Notes: a model not told the origin generated them from the letters alone. Counted from the stretch's first letter, positions 18,411 through 28,753 are shown. The stretch: DNA of 64,000 nucleotides from an uncultured Clostridia bacterium (GCA_934281605.1 CAKQXD010000008.1:15114-79113), one strand, 5' to 3'. Numbers and translations: made by a program.

Positions 18411-19207
18411 TAAGAGATATTACCCTCGGGCAGTTTTATCCGGGGAATTCATGGGTACATAGACTGGACGCAAGGGTCAAGATCATGGTCACGCTGCTTT
18501 ATATCGTGTCCATTTTCGTGGTGAAGGATTTCATCGGTTTTGCGCTGGAAGCTCTGGGGCTTGCGGTGGTCATCGCCATCTCCCGGGTGCCGCTGAAATT
18601 CATCCTGCGAGGGCTGAAGCCTATCTTCATCCTGATCGCCTTTACGTTCGTTATCAATATGTTTATGATCAAAGGAGAGGTGCTGGTGTCTTTCTGGATC
18701 TTCAGCATCAGTCGTGAAGGCCTGCGGATGGCGATTTTCATGGCGATCCGGCTGATCCTGCTGATCATCGGTTCGTCGCTTCTGACGCTGACCACCAAGC
18801 CCATCAGCCTGACGGACGGCATGGAAGCGCTGCTGTCGCCCTTTAAGAGATTCGGGCTGCCGGCTCATGATCTGGCCATGATGATGACCATCGCGCTGCG
18901 GTTCATCCCGACGCTGCTGGAGGAAACGGACAAGATCATGAAGGCCCAGATGGCCCGTGGCGCCGACTTTGAGAGCGGCAATATTTTACGGAGAGCCAAG
19001 GCGCTGATCCCGATCCTGGTGCCGCTGTTTATCAGCGCGTTCCGCATCGCCCAGGATCTGGCTATGGCTATGGAGGCCAGATGCTATGGCAGCAACGGCA
19101 AGAAAACCCGCATGAACGGCATGAAGATCTGCTCGCGTGACATCGTGGCATGCCTGATTTTCGCGGCGTTTTTAGCAATGATCATACTGGAAAGGATTCT
19201 GCTGTGA
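18407..19207 (+). CDS. ecfT: ECF transporter transmembrane component EcfT
   Basis: MIRDITLGQFYPG start (ATGA overlap with ecfA2 stop), multiple TM helices, conserved ARGA motif (KAQMARGADFESG). Confidence 0.7.
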   Translation: MIRDITLGQFYPGNSWVHRLDARVKIMVTLLYIVSIFVVKDFIGFALEALGLAVVIAISRVPLKFILRGLKPIFILIAFTFVINMFMIKGEVLVSFWIFSISREGLRMAIFMAIRLILLIIGSSLLTLTTKPISLTDGMEALLSPFKRFGLPAHDLAMMMTIALRFIPTLLEETDKIMKAQMARGADFESGNILRRAKALIPILVPLFISAFRIAQDLAMAMEARCYGSNGKKTRMNGMKICSRDIVACLIFAAFLAMIILERILL

Positions 19208-19950
19208 GACAGAGAAAAGCAAAAGATCTGGACAAGAGACTGCAGGAATGCAGTGAATATATCGTGCCTCTGCCGGAGGACGGCGGGCGTTCTTATGGGG
19301 AAATCGGCAGTAAAGAACCGACTTTCCAGACGCCGGAGCATGAAGCGGCGCTCCGCGCACTTTGGAAGGAGTGCTTTCCGCGCCAGCGTGATCTGTATTT
19401 AGAGATCGGCTGCGGCAAGGGAGATTTTATCACCCGGAAGGCTGCAAAAGATCCGGCCAGCGATTTTCTGGCCATCGAGGGGCAGGAGACCGTTATTCTG
19501 CGGGCGCTGGAAAAAGCCAAGGGCATGCCAACGGCGGGGCAGACGGAAGAAGCCGGGCAGGGGTCTTTGCAGAACCTGAAATTCATGATGACTTTCGTGG
19601 ATCACATGAGCGATTATTTTCTGGAAAATCAGCTTTCCGGCGTGTATCTGAATTTCAGCGATCCGTGGCCCAAGGCTCGTCACGCCAAGCGACGGCTGAC
19701 GTATCGCAAGCGGCTTTTAGATTACGGCTGGGCGGTAAAGCCGGGCGGATTTATCGAGATCAAGACCGACAACGATCCGCTGTATGCGTTTACGCTGGAG
19801 GAACTGGAAGCGGTCGGCTACGAGATCGTGGAGCAGACCACGGACCTGCACCACAGCGACTACGCGGCGCGGCTGGTCATGACCGAGTACGAAAAGAAAT
19901 TCCACAGCCGGGGCAAGAACATCAACTACGTCAAGGCGCTGGTGCCATAG
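19204..19950 (+). CDS. trmB: tRNA (guanine-N7)-methyltransferase
   Basis: LEIGCGKGDFI SAM motif, FSDPWPK; GTG at 19204 overlaps the ecfT stop; the longer ORF from 19150 is the alternative. Confidence 0.65.
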   Translation: MRQRKAKDLDKRLQECSEYIVPLPEDGGRSYGEIGSKEPTFQTPEHEAALRALWKECFPRQRDLYLEIGCGKGDFITRKAAKDPASDFLAIEGQETVILRALEKAKGMPTAGQTEEAGQGSLQNLKFMMTFVDHMSDYFLENQLSGVYLNFSDPWPKARHAKRRLTYRKRLLDYGWAVKPGGFIEIKTDNDPLYAFTLEELEAVGYEIVEQTTDLHHSDYAARLVMTEYEKKFHSRGKNINYVKALVP

Positions 19951-20084
19951 GCGAAAAGTTTGCCGGGTGCTCTGCAAACGGCAACTGAAAATAGTGAAAA
20001 AATAGTGAAAGAATAGTGAAAAATCCTGCGGGAGACGATGCTCGACTGATCGCCTTTTGCAGGATTCTTTTGTTGGCAGCTTTT

Positions 20085-20735
20085 TCACAGCCCTTTGATA
20101 TATTTCCCGGGATCCACCGGCTCGTCCTTCAGCTTCAGCGAAAAATGCAGATGCTCCGCGCCGCTGGCTTCGAATGTGGACGTCTTGCCGACTTTGCCGA
20201 TGATGTCTCCGCAGGAGACGACCTCGCCCAGTTCTACCAGACCGTCTTTCGCCATATTGCCGTAGAGGGATAATAGATCGTTGCCGTGGCTGATCTCCAC
20301 GATCATGCCGTAGCGGTCGTCCTGTTCGATCCGGGTGACGGTACCGCTGGCGCATGTCTTGACGTTGGTTCCCGCCGGCGCAGCCAGATCGACGCCGTCG
20401 TGAGTCATGTACTGATCCAGGGTTTCCCAGTAAATGGGCATGTCCATAGAATATTTCTGGATCACCTCGCCGGAAAGGGGTTTGGTGAATCCGCTGGACG
20501 AGCTGCTGCCGGAGCTTTTTCCGTCCTGACTGTCTACGACTTTTGTTGTGGCTTTTTCCTGTGTTTTATTGACCGCTTTTTTCTTCACGACTTCGGCGGC
20601 TTTATCGACCTGCAGGTTGTCGCGCACTTTGCTGACGGTGGATGTTACTGCAAAGACCGCGACCAGGGCTGCCAGGCAGAAGAACAGCACCAGCGCGATA
20701 GCCGGGCGATCCTTTGTTTTCTTTTCCTGTCGCAT
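20085..20735 (-). CDS. M23 family peptidoglycan metallo-endopeptidase, membrane-anchored
   Basis: N-terminal TM, Ser-rich linker, C-terminal HxH..HLHFSLK M23 motifs. Confidence 0.65.
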   Translation of the reverse strand: MRQEKKTKDRPAIALVLFFCLAALVAVFAVTSTVSKVRDNLQVDKAAEVVKKKAVNKTQEKATTKVVDSQDGKSSGSSSSSGFTKPLSGEVIQKYSMDMPIYWETLDQYMTHDGVDLAAPAGTNVKTCASGTVTRIEQDDRYGMIVEISHGNDLLSLYGNMAKDGLVELGEVVSCGDIIGKVGKTSTFEASGAEHLHFSLKLKDEPVDPGKYIKGL

Positions 20736-20899
20736 GAAATTTCACCTCCATGGAGTTAGTATCGCCGGGAGATTTGGAAATCATACTGTTTGCGGCAAAA
20801 ATGTTGTATGCTTTTAAGATAATGAAAAATTATTAGTGTATGAAACAGAAATCCTTGTTATAATCTAAAAAAAGACTAAACGGAAAGGTGGGAATGGTT

Positions 20900-21118
20900 A
20901 TGTGCAGAAAAGAAGAATTGAGCTTTTCAATATTTTTATTGTATAGTCTTGCGGATAAATGGAATATGTCCCCCGCCACAGTGTATAAAATTTTAAATAC
21001 AACAGGAATTTTGGATAACTATATTATCGGCTGTTACGACACGCTTCATACTCAGGGAAAAGAGTATCTGGTGGAGGATATTACAGAGTTTGCAAGGGAA
21101 AAGGGAGTTGCAGTATGA
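20900..21118 (+). CDS. DUF3791 domain protein
   Basis: MCRKEELSFSIFLLYSLADKWNMSP..; typical DUF3791 N-terminus; first ATG after an RBS. Confidence 0.45.
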   Translation: MCRKEELSFSIFLLYSLADKWNMSPATVYKILNTTGILDNYIIGCYDTLHTQGKEYLVEDITEFAREKGVAV

Positions 21119-21606
21119 TCGTTTATCACGGATCGACGGAGATTATAGAAAAACCAGATGTGATACATTCTAAAAAGTATCTGGATTTTGGCAGGGGATT
21201 TTACATTACTTCTTTTGAGAAACAGGCAAAGAAGTGGGCTTCTCGGAAAGGGATGCGTCAGGAAAAGCCAGGAATCGTTAATGTCTATAATTTGTCAGAG
21301 AACTGGAAAGAGCGCCGTGTCTTATCTTTTGAGGAGGAGAACGAACAATGGTTGGACTTTGTCTGTGGATGTCGAAAAGGCCAGCCCTTAAATCAGAACT
21401 ATGATATTATCATCGGTAATGTTGCAGATGACGATGTTTTTAAGACGGTGGATATGTATTTCAGAGGATTATGGGATAAGAAAAGAGTGCTGGAGGAATT
21501 GCGATACTACAAAATGAACGATCAGATTTGCATCGTAAACCAGAAGACGTTAAATGAGCTGATGGTATTTCAGTCTGCATATGAGGTAAGAAGCAATGGT
21601 AGATAA
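21115..21606 (+). CDS. DUF3990 domain protein
   Basis: MIVYHGSTEIIEKPD..FGRGFY; flanked by two DUF3791 genes as in many Clostridia. Confidence 0.45.
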   Translation: MIVYHGSTEIIEKPDVIHSKKYLDFGRGFYITSFEKQAKKWASRKGMRQEKPGIVNVYNLSENWKERRVLSFEEENEQWLDFVCGCRKGQPLNQNYDIIIGNVADDDVFKTVDMYFRGLWDKKRVLEELRYYKMNDQICIVNQKTLNELMVFQSAYEVRSNGR

Positions 21607-21844
21607 AAAACAATTAGAAGAAGTTTATAAGCAGAATTTGGAGAATGATATCATCAATCAGATTTCGGAATACAAGGAAATCCCATTGAGAGAAGCCTTT
21701 GATATCTATTACTCCAGCAAATTAGCGGAGCAGATCGAAGCGGATCGTTATGGTATCGAGAATATGGATGCAAAGTATCTGGCAGAGGATTTGATTGAAA
21801 ATGAGCCGGAATTATTTGCAAAGGATCCCTCCAACCACTTGTAA
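21596..21844 (+). CDS. DUF3791 domain protein (second copy)
   Basis: small acidic protein overlapping the DUF3990 stop. Confidence 0.4.
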   Translation: MVDKKQLEEVYKQNLENDIINQISEYKEIPLREAFDIYYSSKLAEQIEADRYGIENMDAKYLAEDLIENEPELFAKDPSNHL

Positions 21845-22026
21845 TCCCAAACAGGCATGGTATAATGAAGCCATTGTGATTTGTACGGCGTTGCCGTGCG
21901 GATGGCTTCATTGAATTGCGGACAGGATTCTAATTTCAGAGGAAGTCCGCAGTATAATTAATCCATTGCGATTAAATTGTATACGAATCGAAGACTTGTG
22001 AAATCAAAACATTAGAGGTGAACAAT

Positions 22027-23265
22027 ATGGGAGAATACATTTTAGCAAGAGGGAACGGAAGACACATCCCTCACGAAGATAAGATTTTTGGCATCAGCAA
22101 TCGCGCCAAGGCGATGATCGCTGAAAAGGGTGCGGACAAGGTCATCAATGCGACCATAGGCTCCCTGCTGGACGACGACGGCAATCTGGTCGTTCTGTCC
22201 TCCGTCGATGAGGTGTTCAAGCACCTGAGCCCGGCGGAATATGCGGACTACGCTCCGATCGGCGGCATCAAGCCGTTCCGTGAAGCGGTACAGCAGGCTG
22301 CGTTCGGATCCCATCGTCCGAAAGGCTACGTGGAAGCGGTAGCGACGCCGGGCGGTACAGGCTCCTTAAGAAACGTCATCGCCAACTACTCCGACGGCGG
22401 AGATCAGGTGCTGACGTCTGACTGGCACTGGGCGCCGTACAACACCATCGCAGGAGAAATCGGTCGGAGCATCGCGACGTTTGAATTCTTTACAGAAGAC
22501 GGCAAGTTCAACATCGATTCTTTCCAGAAAAAATCTGCAGAGCTGCTGGCCAAGCAGGAAAGTCTGGTCATCATCCTGAACACACCGGCTCACAACCCGA
22601 CAGGATACTCCTTGACGCTGGAAGACTGGGATCACGTGATCGCCGTGCTGCAGGAAGAAGCTAAGTGCGGCAAAGCCATCGCCCTGGTCATCGACGCGGC
22701 CTACATCGACTTTGCAGGAGACGAAGAAGAATACAGAAGATTCCTGCCGAAGCTGGAAGATCTGCCGGAAAATGTGCTGCCGATCATGGCGTACAGCCTT
22801 TCCAAGACATATACCTTATACGGGACTCGCTGCGGTGCGATGATCTGCATCGCCAAGACGCAGGAGATCGCCGACGAGTTCAAGAGAGTCTGCGAGTACT
22901 CCTCCAGAGGTTCCTGGTCTAACAGTGCAAAGGTGGCGCAGGTCATTCTCTCCAGGATCTACGGAGAGCCGGGTCTTTTAGAGCGCGTAGATGAAGAGCG
23001 TGCTCATTACAGAGAGATGCTCATCAAGAGAGGCAGAGCCTTTGAAGAAGAAGCAAGAAATGTCGGCCTGAAGATCGTGCCGTTCGACGCTGGATTCTTT
23101 ATTTCCATCCCGTGCAGCGATCCGGACGCTATCAGTGCCAAGCTGGAAAAGGAAGGCGTGTTCATCGTGCCGCTGGCAAAGGGACTGCGCGTATCCGTGG
23201 CTTCTATTTCCGAAGACAAGTGCCGCAAGCTGCCTGCTATCATCAAGGCTGCCATGGAAGACTAA
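22027..23265 (+). CDS. class I/II PLP-dependent aminotransferase (aspartate/aromatic type)
   Basis: about 410 aa, SLSKTYTLYGTRCGAMI (PLP-Lys region), AHNPTG; RBS before ATG 22027. Confidence 0.6.
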   Translation: MGEYILARGNGRHIPHEDKIFGISNRAKAMIAEKGADKVINATIGSLLDDDGNLVVLSSVDEVFKHLSPAEYADYAPIGGIKPFREAVQQAAFGSHRPKGYVEAVATPGGTGSLRNVIANYSDGGDQVLTSDWHWAPYNTIAGEIGRSIATFEFFTEDGKFNIDSFQKKSAELLAKQESLVIILNTPAHNPTGYSLTLEDWDHVIAVLQEEAKCGKAIALVIDAAYIDFAGDEEEYRRFLPKLEDLPENVLPIMAYSLSKTYTLYGTRCGAMICIAKTQEIADEFKRVCEYSSRGSWSNSAKVAQVILSRIYGEPGLLERVDEERAHYREMLIKRGRAFEEEARNVGLKIVPFDAGFFISIPCSDPDAISAKLEKEGVFIVPLAKGLRVSVASISEDKCRKLPAIIKAAMED

Positions 23266-23358
23266 GTATATTTTTATGCAAAGATCATCCCGGGGGTGTG
23301 CAAGATGCTCTCGGGATTTTTGATTGCAAAAATTTTATAAATAAATTCCAGAATATGG

Positions 23359-23387
23359 TTGACATATATTTCCAAGCAAGATATAAT
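23359..23387 (+). promoter_or_regulatory. consensus sigma-A promoter TTGACA-17-TATAAT upstream of the PC4/YdbC gene
   Basis: read directly. Confidence 0.45.
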
Positions 23388-23435
23388 ACACTCACAAAAG
23401 AGGTATTGTATTGATGCAGGGAAAGGAGATCACAT

Positions 23436-23912
23436 ATGTCATCAAACAGGGATTTTGACCGGGAGGTCACATTTGAAATCGTGGAGGAGATCGGCGTCAT
23501 CGCCGCACATTCCACGGGATGGAAGAAGGAGCTGAATCTGGTCAGCTGGAACGGAGGTCCGGCCAAGTACGATATTCGCGACTGGGATCCCAGTCACAGT
23601 CGCATGTCGAGAGGCGTGACGCTAAAAGAACAGGAGATGCGCCAGATCGTGGATCTGCTCAGGCACCGCAGACCGCATCGCCGGGACAGAGAACAGGAGC
23701 AGGGCGTCATGATGGATGCGCCGCCGAGTCAGACGGCAGAACAGCCTGTGGAAGGATCTTTGCAGGAATCCATGCAGGAACTGGCGGATCCGCAACAGAT
23801 GCCGGAACCACAGGAGACGGCGTCATCCAGGGAAACGGAAGACGACTTTTTCGTCCCTGAGCCCCAGAACTTAGATGCTACGACAGAGAGCGGATGCGCC
23901 TGCTGCAGCTGA
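23436..23912 (+). CDS. PC4/YdbC-family ssDNA-binding protein with acidic C-terminal extension
   Basis: VTFEIVEEIGVIAAHSTGWKKELNLVSWNGGPAKYDIRDWDP matches the YdbC family core; Arg-rich then acidic tail. Confidence 0.55.
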   Translation: MSSNRDFDREVTFEIVEEIGVIAAHSTGWKKELNLVSWNGGPAKYDIRDWDPSHSRMSRGVTLKEQEMRQIVDLLRHRRPHRRDREQEQGVMMDAPPSQTAEQPVEGSLQESMQELADPQQMPEPQETASSRETEDDFFVPEPQNLDATTESGCACCS

Positions 23913-24112
23913 TGCCGGAAAATACAAAAAACAGTATTTTTCATTATTGAAACCTTTTATTATACCGAAGGAGGGAGCCGGCATGCAGGCTCCTTTTTTC
24001 GCGGCTCAGGCACGAGGCGTCATGACAGCGAAAAATCCCGCGGTTGTATCTGTCCGGCGCGCAGAGTATAATAACAGTAACGTATTGCGAAGAGATTAGA
24101 CGAGGAAACGAT

Positions 24113-25777
24113 ATGAAAATCAAATTGCAGCCGCAGATCGGTGCGGCATACGAAGAAATCACCATGGACCGGCCGGTGACCGTGAAAGAGCTGGCGGACC
24201 GTTATCAGCCCAAGCTTCCGTATACTGTGCTGCTGGCCAACGTGGACGGCAAGGACGAGGAGCTGACTTACCTGCTGGATCGGGACTGCGTGGTTCGGCT
24301 TTTGGATATGCGGACTTACAGCGCCAACCTGGTGTACCAGCACAGTTTATCGCTGATTTACTTAAAGGCGGTCATGGACGTGCTGGGAGATCTGAGTGTG
24401 GAGATCGAAAACTCCCTGAATAAAGGGCTGTATACGGAAATCAAAACGCCGGAGCCTATCACAGAGGAGCAGATCGCGGCGGTCGAGCAGCGGATGCATG
24501 AGCTGGTAAAGGCGGATCTTCCTATCGTGCGTGAGGTGTACAGCCGTCAGGAGGCTATCGAGATCTGGGGCTCCTACAATTATCCGGAGAAGTCCCGGCT
24601 GCTGGAGCACGCTGAAGATGTGGAGACGGCTAAGTTCTATACCTTGGAAGGCTATCGAAACTTTTTCTATGGCCTGATGACGCCGTCTACCGGCTATGTG
24701 GAGCATTTTGAGCTGCGCAAGTACAGGAGAGGCGTGCTGCTGCGTTTCCCCCATCCGTCCCATCCGGATCGCATCCCGGCTTTCGAGGATGATAAAAAGC
24801 TGTATGGGGCGTTCGGCGAAGCTAATAAATGGCAGCATCTGCTGGATATTTTATATCTGGAAGACTTGAATGAAAAAATCCGTCACGGCGAAGCCAAGGA
24901 TCTGATCTTGCTGTCAGAGGCGCTTCACGAGAAGAAGATCGCTGAGATCGCAGACCGGATCACTAAAGAGAAGCGGCGGATCATCCTGATCGCCGGGCCG
25001 TCGTCGTCGGGCAAGACCACGTTCGCGCGGAGGCTTTGCGTACAGCTGCGAGTCAACGGCCTGCAGCCTCTTTACATGGGAACGGACGACTATTTCGTGG
25101 AGCGGTGCGACACGCCGCTGGGCGAAGACGGCAAGCCTAACTACGAGAACCTGGACGCGCTGGATATCGACCTGTTCAACGACAATATGAACCGGCTGCT
25201 GGCTGGGGAGAAGGTGGATCTGCCGGAATTCGACTTCCTGGAGGGCAAGAAAAAGTATGGACGGCGGATCACATCCATCCGCAGCAATCAGCCCATCGTC
25301 ATCGAAGGGATCCACGCCCTCAACGATATATTGACGGAGAAAATAGATGAAGAGCAGAAGTTCCGCATCTATATCAGCCCGTTTACCCAGCTGAACATCG
25401 ACGTGCACAACCGGGTGCCGACCACGGATGCGCGGATGCTGCGTCGGATCGTGCGGGATTATAAATTCCGCGGACACAGCGCGGCCCAGACCATCGCTCT
25501 CTGGCCGAAGGTGCGGACAGGCGAAGACGTGAACATCTTCCCGTACAACGGCAGGGCGGACGTTCTGTTCAACTCGGCGCTGGTGTACGAACTTTCGGTA
25601 TTGAAAAAATACGCGCAGCCTCTGCTGGAGGCGGTAGGCCCGGAAGAAGAGGAATACAGTGAGGCGGTGCGGATGCTGAAATTCATTCGGTTCTTCGACG
25701 TGATCGACGAAGAACAGTACATCCCCAACAATTCCATCATGCGGGAATTCATCGGCGGCAGCGTTTTTGTAGAATAA
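24113..25777 (+). CDS. uridine kinase-family nucleoside kinase with N-terminal TGS-like domain
   Basis: Walker A ILIAGPSSSGKTTFARRL, udk-like core (IVIEGIHAL); roughly 230-aa N-terminal ThrRS-N/TGS-like region; RBS before ATG 24113. Confidence 0.6.
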   Translation: MKIKLQPQIGAAYEEITMDRPVTVKELADRYQPKLPYTVLLANVDGKDEELTYLLDRDCVVRLLDMRTYSANLVYQHSLSLIYLKAVMDVLGDLSVEIENSLNKGLYTEIKTPEPITEEQIAAVEQRMHELVKADLPIVREVYSRQEAIEIWGSYNYPEKSRLLEHAEDVETAKFYTLEGYRNFFYGLMTPSTGYVEHFELRKYRRGVLLRFPHPSHPDRIPAFEDDKKLYGAFGEANKWQHLLDILYLEDLNEKIRHGEAKDLILLSEALHEKKIAEIADRITKEKRRIILIAGPSSSGKTTFARRLCVQLRVNGLQPLYMGTDDYFVERCDTPLGEDGKPNYENLDALDIDLFNDNMNRLLAGEKVDLPEFDFLEGKKKYGRRITSIRSNQPIVIEGIHALNDILTEKIDEEQKFRIYISPFTQLNIDVHNRVPTTDARMLRRIVRDYKFRGHSAAQTIALWPKVRTGEDVNIFPYNGRADVLFNSALVYELSVLKKYAQPLLEAVGPEEEEYSEAVRMLKFIRFFDVIDEEQYIPNNSIMREFIGGSVFVE

Positions 25778-26445
25778 TGATAGAGGAAATGAGGAAAAGG
25801 TTTATGGACGCAAATGTAAAAGAAGCAAACAAAATTCAGATCGAAAAAGTGATCAAAAATCTGGAACGGAGAAATATCACAGGACACTACTGCGAGACAG
25901 CGGCGGATGTTTCTGCAAAGGTTCTGTCTCTCATCGACGAGGGGGCGGAGGTTTCCTGGGGAGGCTCGGCGACGCTCAACGAGATCGGCGTTAAGGATGC
26001 TGTCAAAGCAGGAAATTACAAGGTGAACGATCCCATGGATCTCAGCGGCGGCGAAGATCCTATAGAACTTCGGAGGAAATCCCTTACTTGTGATGTGTTC
26101 CTGGCAAGCACCAACGCTGTCACTATGGACGGCGTTCTCGTCAACATCGACGGAACGGGAAACCGGGTGGCGGCTATGATGTTCGGACCGAAAAAAGTCA
26201 TCCTGATCGCGGGGATCAATAAACTGGCGGCCGATGAAGAGTCGGCGCTCCGCAGGGTAAAGCAGGAGGCCTGCCCGCCTAATTGTATTCGTCTGGGCAA
26301 GAAGACGCCGTGCGCTGTGACAGGGGAATGCGGGAATTGTTTAACGCCGGGGCAGACCATCTGCAGCTATACGGTATCCACCAGATTCTCCCCGGAAAAA
26401 GATCGCTTACACGTGATTTTAGTCAATGAAGTGCTGGGATATTAA
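25777..26445 (+). CDS. LUD-domain (lactate utilization LutB/LutC-like) protein with C-terminal Cys cluster
   Basis: GGSATLNEIG, LVNIDGTGNRVAAMMFGPKKVILIAGINK typical LUD; CPPNC..C..C..GNC; start codon ambiguous (25777/25789/25804). Confidence 0.5.
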   Translation: MIEEMRKRFMDANVKEANKIQIEKVIKNLERRNITGHYCETAADVSAKVLSLIDEGAEVSWGGSATLNEIGVKDAVKAGNYKVNDPMDLSGGEDPIELRRKSLTCDVFLASTNAVTMDGVLVNIDGTGNRVAAMMFGPKKVILIAGINKLAADEESALRRVKQEACPPNCIRLGKKTPCAVTGECGNCLTPGQTICSYTVSTRFSPEKDRLHVILVNEVLGY

Positions 26446-26484
26446 AATTATTTTTGAAAAAAATATAAAAAAATATGAGAAATT

Positions 26485-26530
26485 TTCCTGCTGAAAATAT
26501 ATTTTGGCAGGATTTTTTCTGTTTTTGAGA
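26485..26530 (+). terminator. intrinsic terminator after the LUD gene
   Basis: TCCTGC..GCAGGA hairpin followed by TTTTTTCTGTTTTT. Confidence 0.5.
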
Positions 26531-26679
26531 ACGGTTTGAGAAAGTTTTTTCGGAGAGAAAAGCATCGAAATTGTCAGAAAAGAAACACGGGCAAAAGTGT
26601 ATGAGACCCGTGCTCGAAAGCCGTTGAAATCACAAGATTTGCGAGCTTGAAAAAAACCAAAAAACTTTCCTCAAACCCC

Positions 26680-26708
26680 TTGCACTTTGAGGCAAAATGT
26701 TATATACT
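26680..26708 (+). promoter_or_regulatory. candidate S10-operon promoter TTGCAC-17-TATACT with about 290-nt leader
   Basis: read directly; long leader before rpsJ. Confidence 0.4.
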
Positions 26709-27001
26709 AACAAGGCTTGTGTAAGGCGATGATGTGGGAAGTTACCTTGCTATAGGAGAATTTCCACTGAGAATTGTCCCCACAAAAGATGGGGGCGAAG
26801 GGATTCGCTGAGTTTTTATTGTGTGAAAAATATAAGAAACACACGGAAGCGTGTACAACGCAGGCAAAACCACGTACACGTTGAAAATTCAGCACGGAGC
26901 GATGATTGCGGAACGAAGCGCAGTCCGCAGCCGGAAGCCTCGTAAACAGAACCCCTTGTATGAGCATAGCGAAAACAATACAAAAATTTTAGGAGGAAGA
27001 A

Positions 27002-27313
27002 ATGAGCGAATTACAGAAAATCAGAATCAAGCTGAAAGCTTACGACCACGCGCTTCTGGATCAGTCCGCTGCGAAAATCGTAGAGACTGCCAAGAAGACA
27101 GGCGCAGAAGTATCGGGACCGATTCCGCTTCCGACAGAGAAGGAAGTCGTTACGATCCTGAGAGCTGTTCACAAGTACAAGGACTCCAGAGAACAGTTCG
27201 AACAGAGAACTCACAAGAGATTAATCGACATCACGAGTGCTACGGCAAAGACAACTGACGCACTGACGAAGCTGGATCTGCCTGCAGGCGTTGATATCGA
27301 AATCAAATTATAA
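27002..27313 (+). CDS. rpsJ: 30S ribosomal protein S10
   Basis: [16 protein letters not shown]..; conserved cluster position. Confidence 0.9.
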   Translation: MSELQKIRIKLKAYDHALLDQSAAKIVETAKKTGAEVSGPIPLPTEKEVVTILRAVHKYKDSREQFEQRTHKRLIDITSATAKTTDALTKLDLPAGVDIEIKL

Positions 27314-27473
27314 TGAGTCTCAGGAAACTGAGCCAAACACTTTAAAGGCGAAGGGAACTCCCCTTAGTATGACCGGATGGACAGAAGAGGCGCGCTCACG
27401 ACGCACATCTGGAAAGGTACGGTCCGCTGTAAGTTGATTTGCACGGTGAGAACCGGGCAAGAAGGAGGAAAAT

Positions 27474-28103
27474 ATGAAAACAATTTTAGGAAAGAAGCTG
27501 GGAATGACTCAGATCTTTACCGAACACGCAGTGATTCCGGTAACAGTAGTCGAAGCAGGCCCAGTGACGGTAACACAGATCAAAACCGTTGAGAACGATG
27601 GATATGATGCTGTACAGTTCGGATTCGAAGATGCGAAGCCGCAGAGAGTCAACAAGCCTATGACTGGACACTTTGCAAAGAACGACATCGCTCCGAAGAA
27701 GCATCTGGCTGAGTTCAGACCGGAAGAAGGCGAAGCTTACGAAATCGGACAGCAGATCACAGTTGCTGACTTCGAAGAAGGCAAGAAGCTGGACGTAACA
27801 GGCACTTCCAAGGGTAAAGGTACTCAGGGTAACATCAAGAGACACGGACACCACAGAGGCCCTATGAGCCACGGTTCCAAGCACAAGAGACTTGCTGGTG
27901 CGCTTGCCGCAGGTACGTATCCTTCCAGAGTATTCAAGGGCAATGCTGGTCCGGGAAGAATGGGTCGTGAGACCGTAACAGTTCAGAACGTAGAGCTGGT
28001 AAAAGTTATAGAAGAAAAGAACCTGATGCTGATCAAGGGTGCTGTTCCGGGAAACAAAGGCGGAATCGTTCGCATCCAGTATGCAGTTAAGGGACAGAAA
28101 TAG
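27474..28103 (+). CDS. rplC: 50S ribosomal protein L3
   Basis: MKTILGKKLGMTQIF. Confidence 0.9.
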   Translation: MKTILGKKLGMTQIFTEHAVIPVTVVEAGPVTVTQIKTVENDGYDAVQFGFEDAKPQRVNKPMTGHFAKNDIAPKKHLAEFRPEEGEAYEIGQQITVADFEEGKKLDVTGTSKGKGTQGNIKRHGHHRGPMSHGSKHKRLAGALAAGTYPSRVFKGNAGPGRMGRETVTVQNVELVKVIEEKNLMLIKGAVPGNKGGIVRIQYAVKGQK

Positions 28104-28129
28104 GATGACTTCAGGAAGGAGGAAGTAAG

Positions 28130-28753
28130 ATGTCAAAAGTGACAATGCTGAACATGGCAGGTCAGGAAGCCGGAAGTATCGAATTAAAAGATGAAATCTT
28201 CGGCATCGAGCCAAACCAGAATGCAGTTCATGCAGTAGTAAAGAACATTTTAGCAAACAAGAGACAGGGTACACAGTCTGCTAAGACCAGAGCTGAAGTC
28301 AGAGGAGGCGGAAGAAAGCCTTTCAGACAGAAGGGTACAGGACGCCACAGACAGGGAAGCACAACAGACCCGTCTCAGGTAGGAGGCGGTATCGTTTTCG
28401 CACCGAAGCCAAGAAGCTACAGATACACTCTGCCGAAGAAACTGAGAAGACTGGCAATGCTGTCCGCTCTTTCTTCTAAGGTTGCTGAAAACGAACTGAT
28501 CGTATTAGACGAGCTGAAGTTCGACGCTCCTAAGACGAAGGAAATGGTAAAGGTACTGGAAAATGTAAAGGCTGAGAAAAAGGCTCTGATCGTTACGGCT
28601 GAAAAGGACGAAAACATCATTCGCTCCGCAGCAAATCTCCAGGGAATCAGAACAGCTCTCGTTACGACGATGAACGTGTATGAGATCATCAACCACACGA
28701 ACCTGATCGTAACAAAAGAAGCTATTGAAAAAATTGAGGAGGTGTACGCATAA
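28130..28753 (+). CDS. rplD: 50S ribosomal protein L4
   Basis: sequence and order. Confidence 0.9.
   Translation: MSKVTMLNMAGQEAGSIELKDEIFGIEPNQNAVHAVVKNILANKRQGTQSAKTRAEVRGGGRKPFRQKGTGRHRQGSTTDPSQVGGGIVFAPKPRSYRYTLPKKLRRLAMLSALSSKVAENELIVLDELKFDAPKTKEMVKVLENVKAEKKALIVTAEKDENIIRSAANLQGIRTALVTTMNVYEIINHTNLIVTKEAIEKIEEVYA

Noticed and set aside
26707-26967. 86-aa minus-strand ORF and 135-aa plus-strand ORF (26851-27258) at the rpsJ leader
   Set aside because: They overlap the promoter, leader and 5' end of rpsJ; there is no RBS and the composition is biased; most likely leader RNA.
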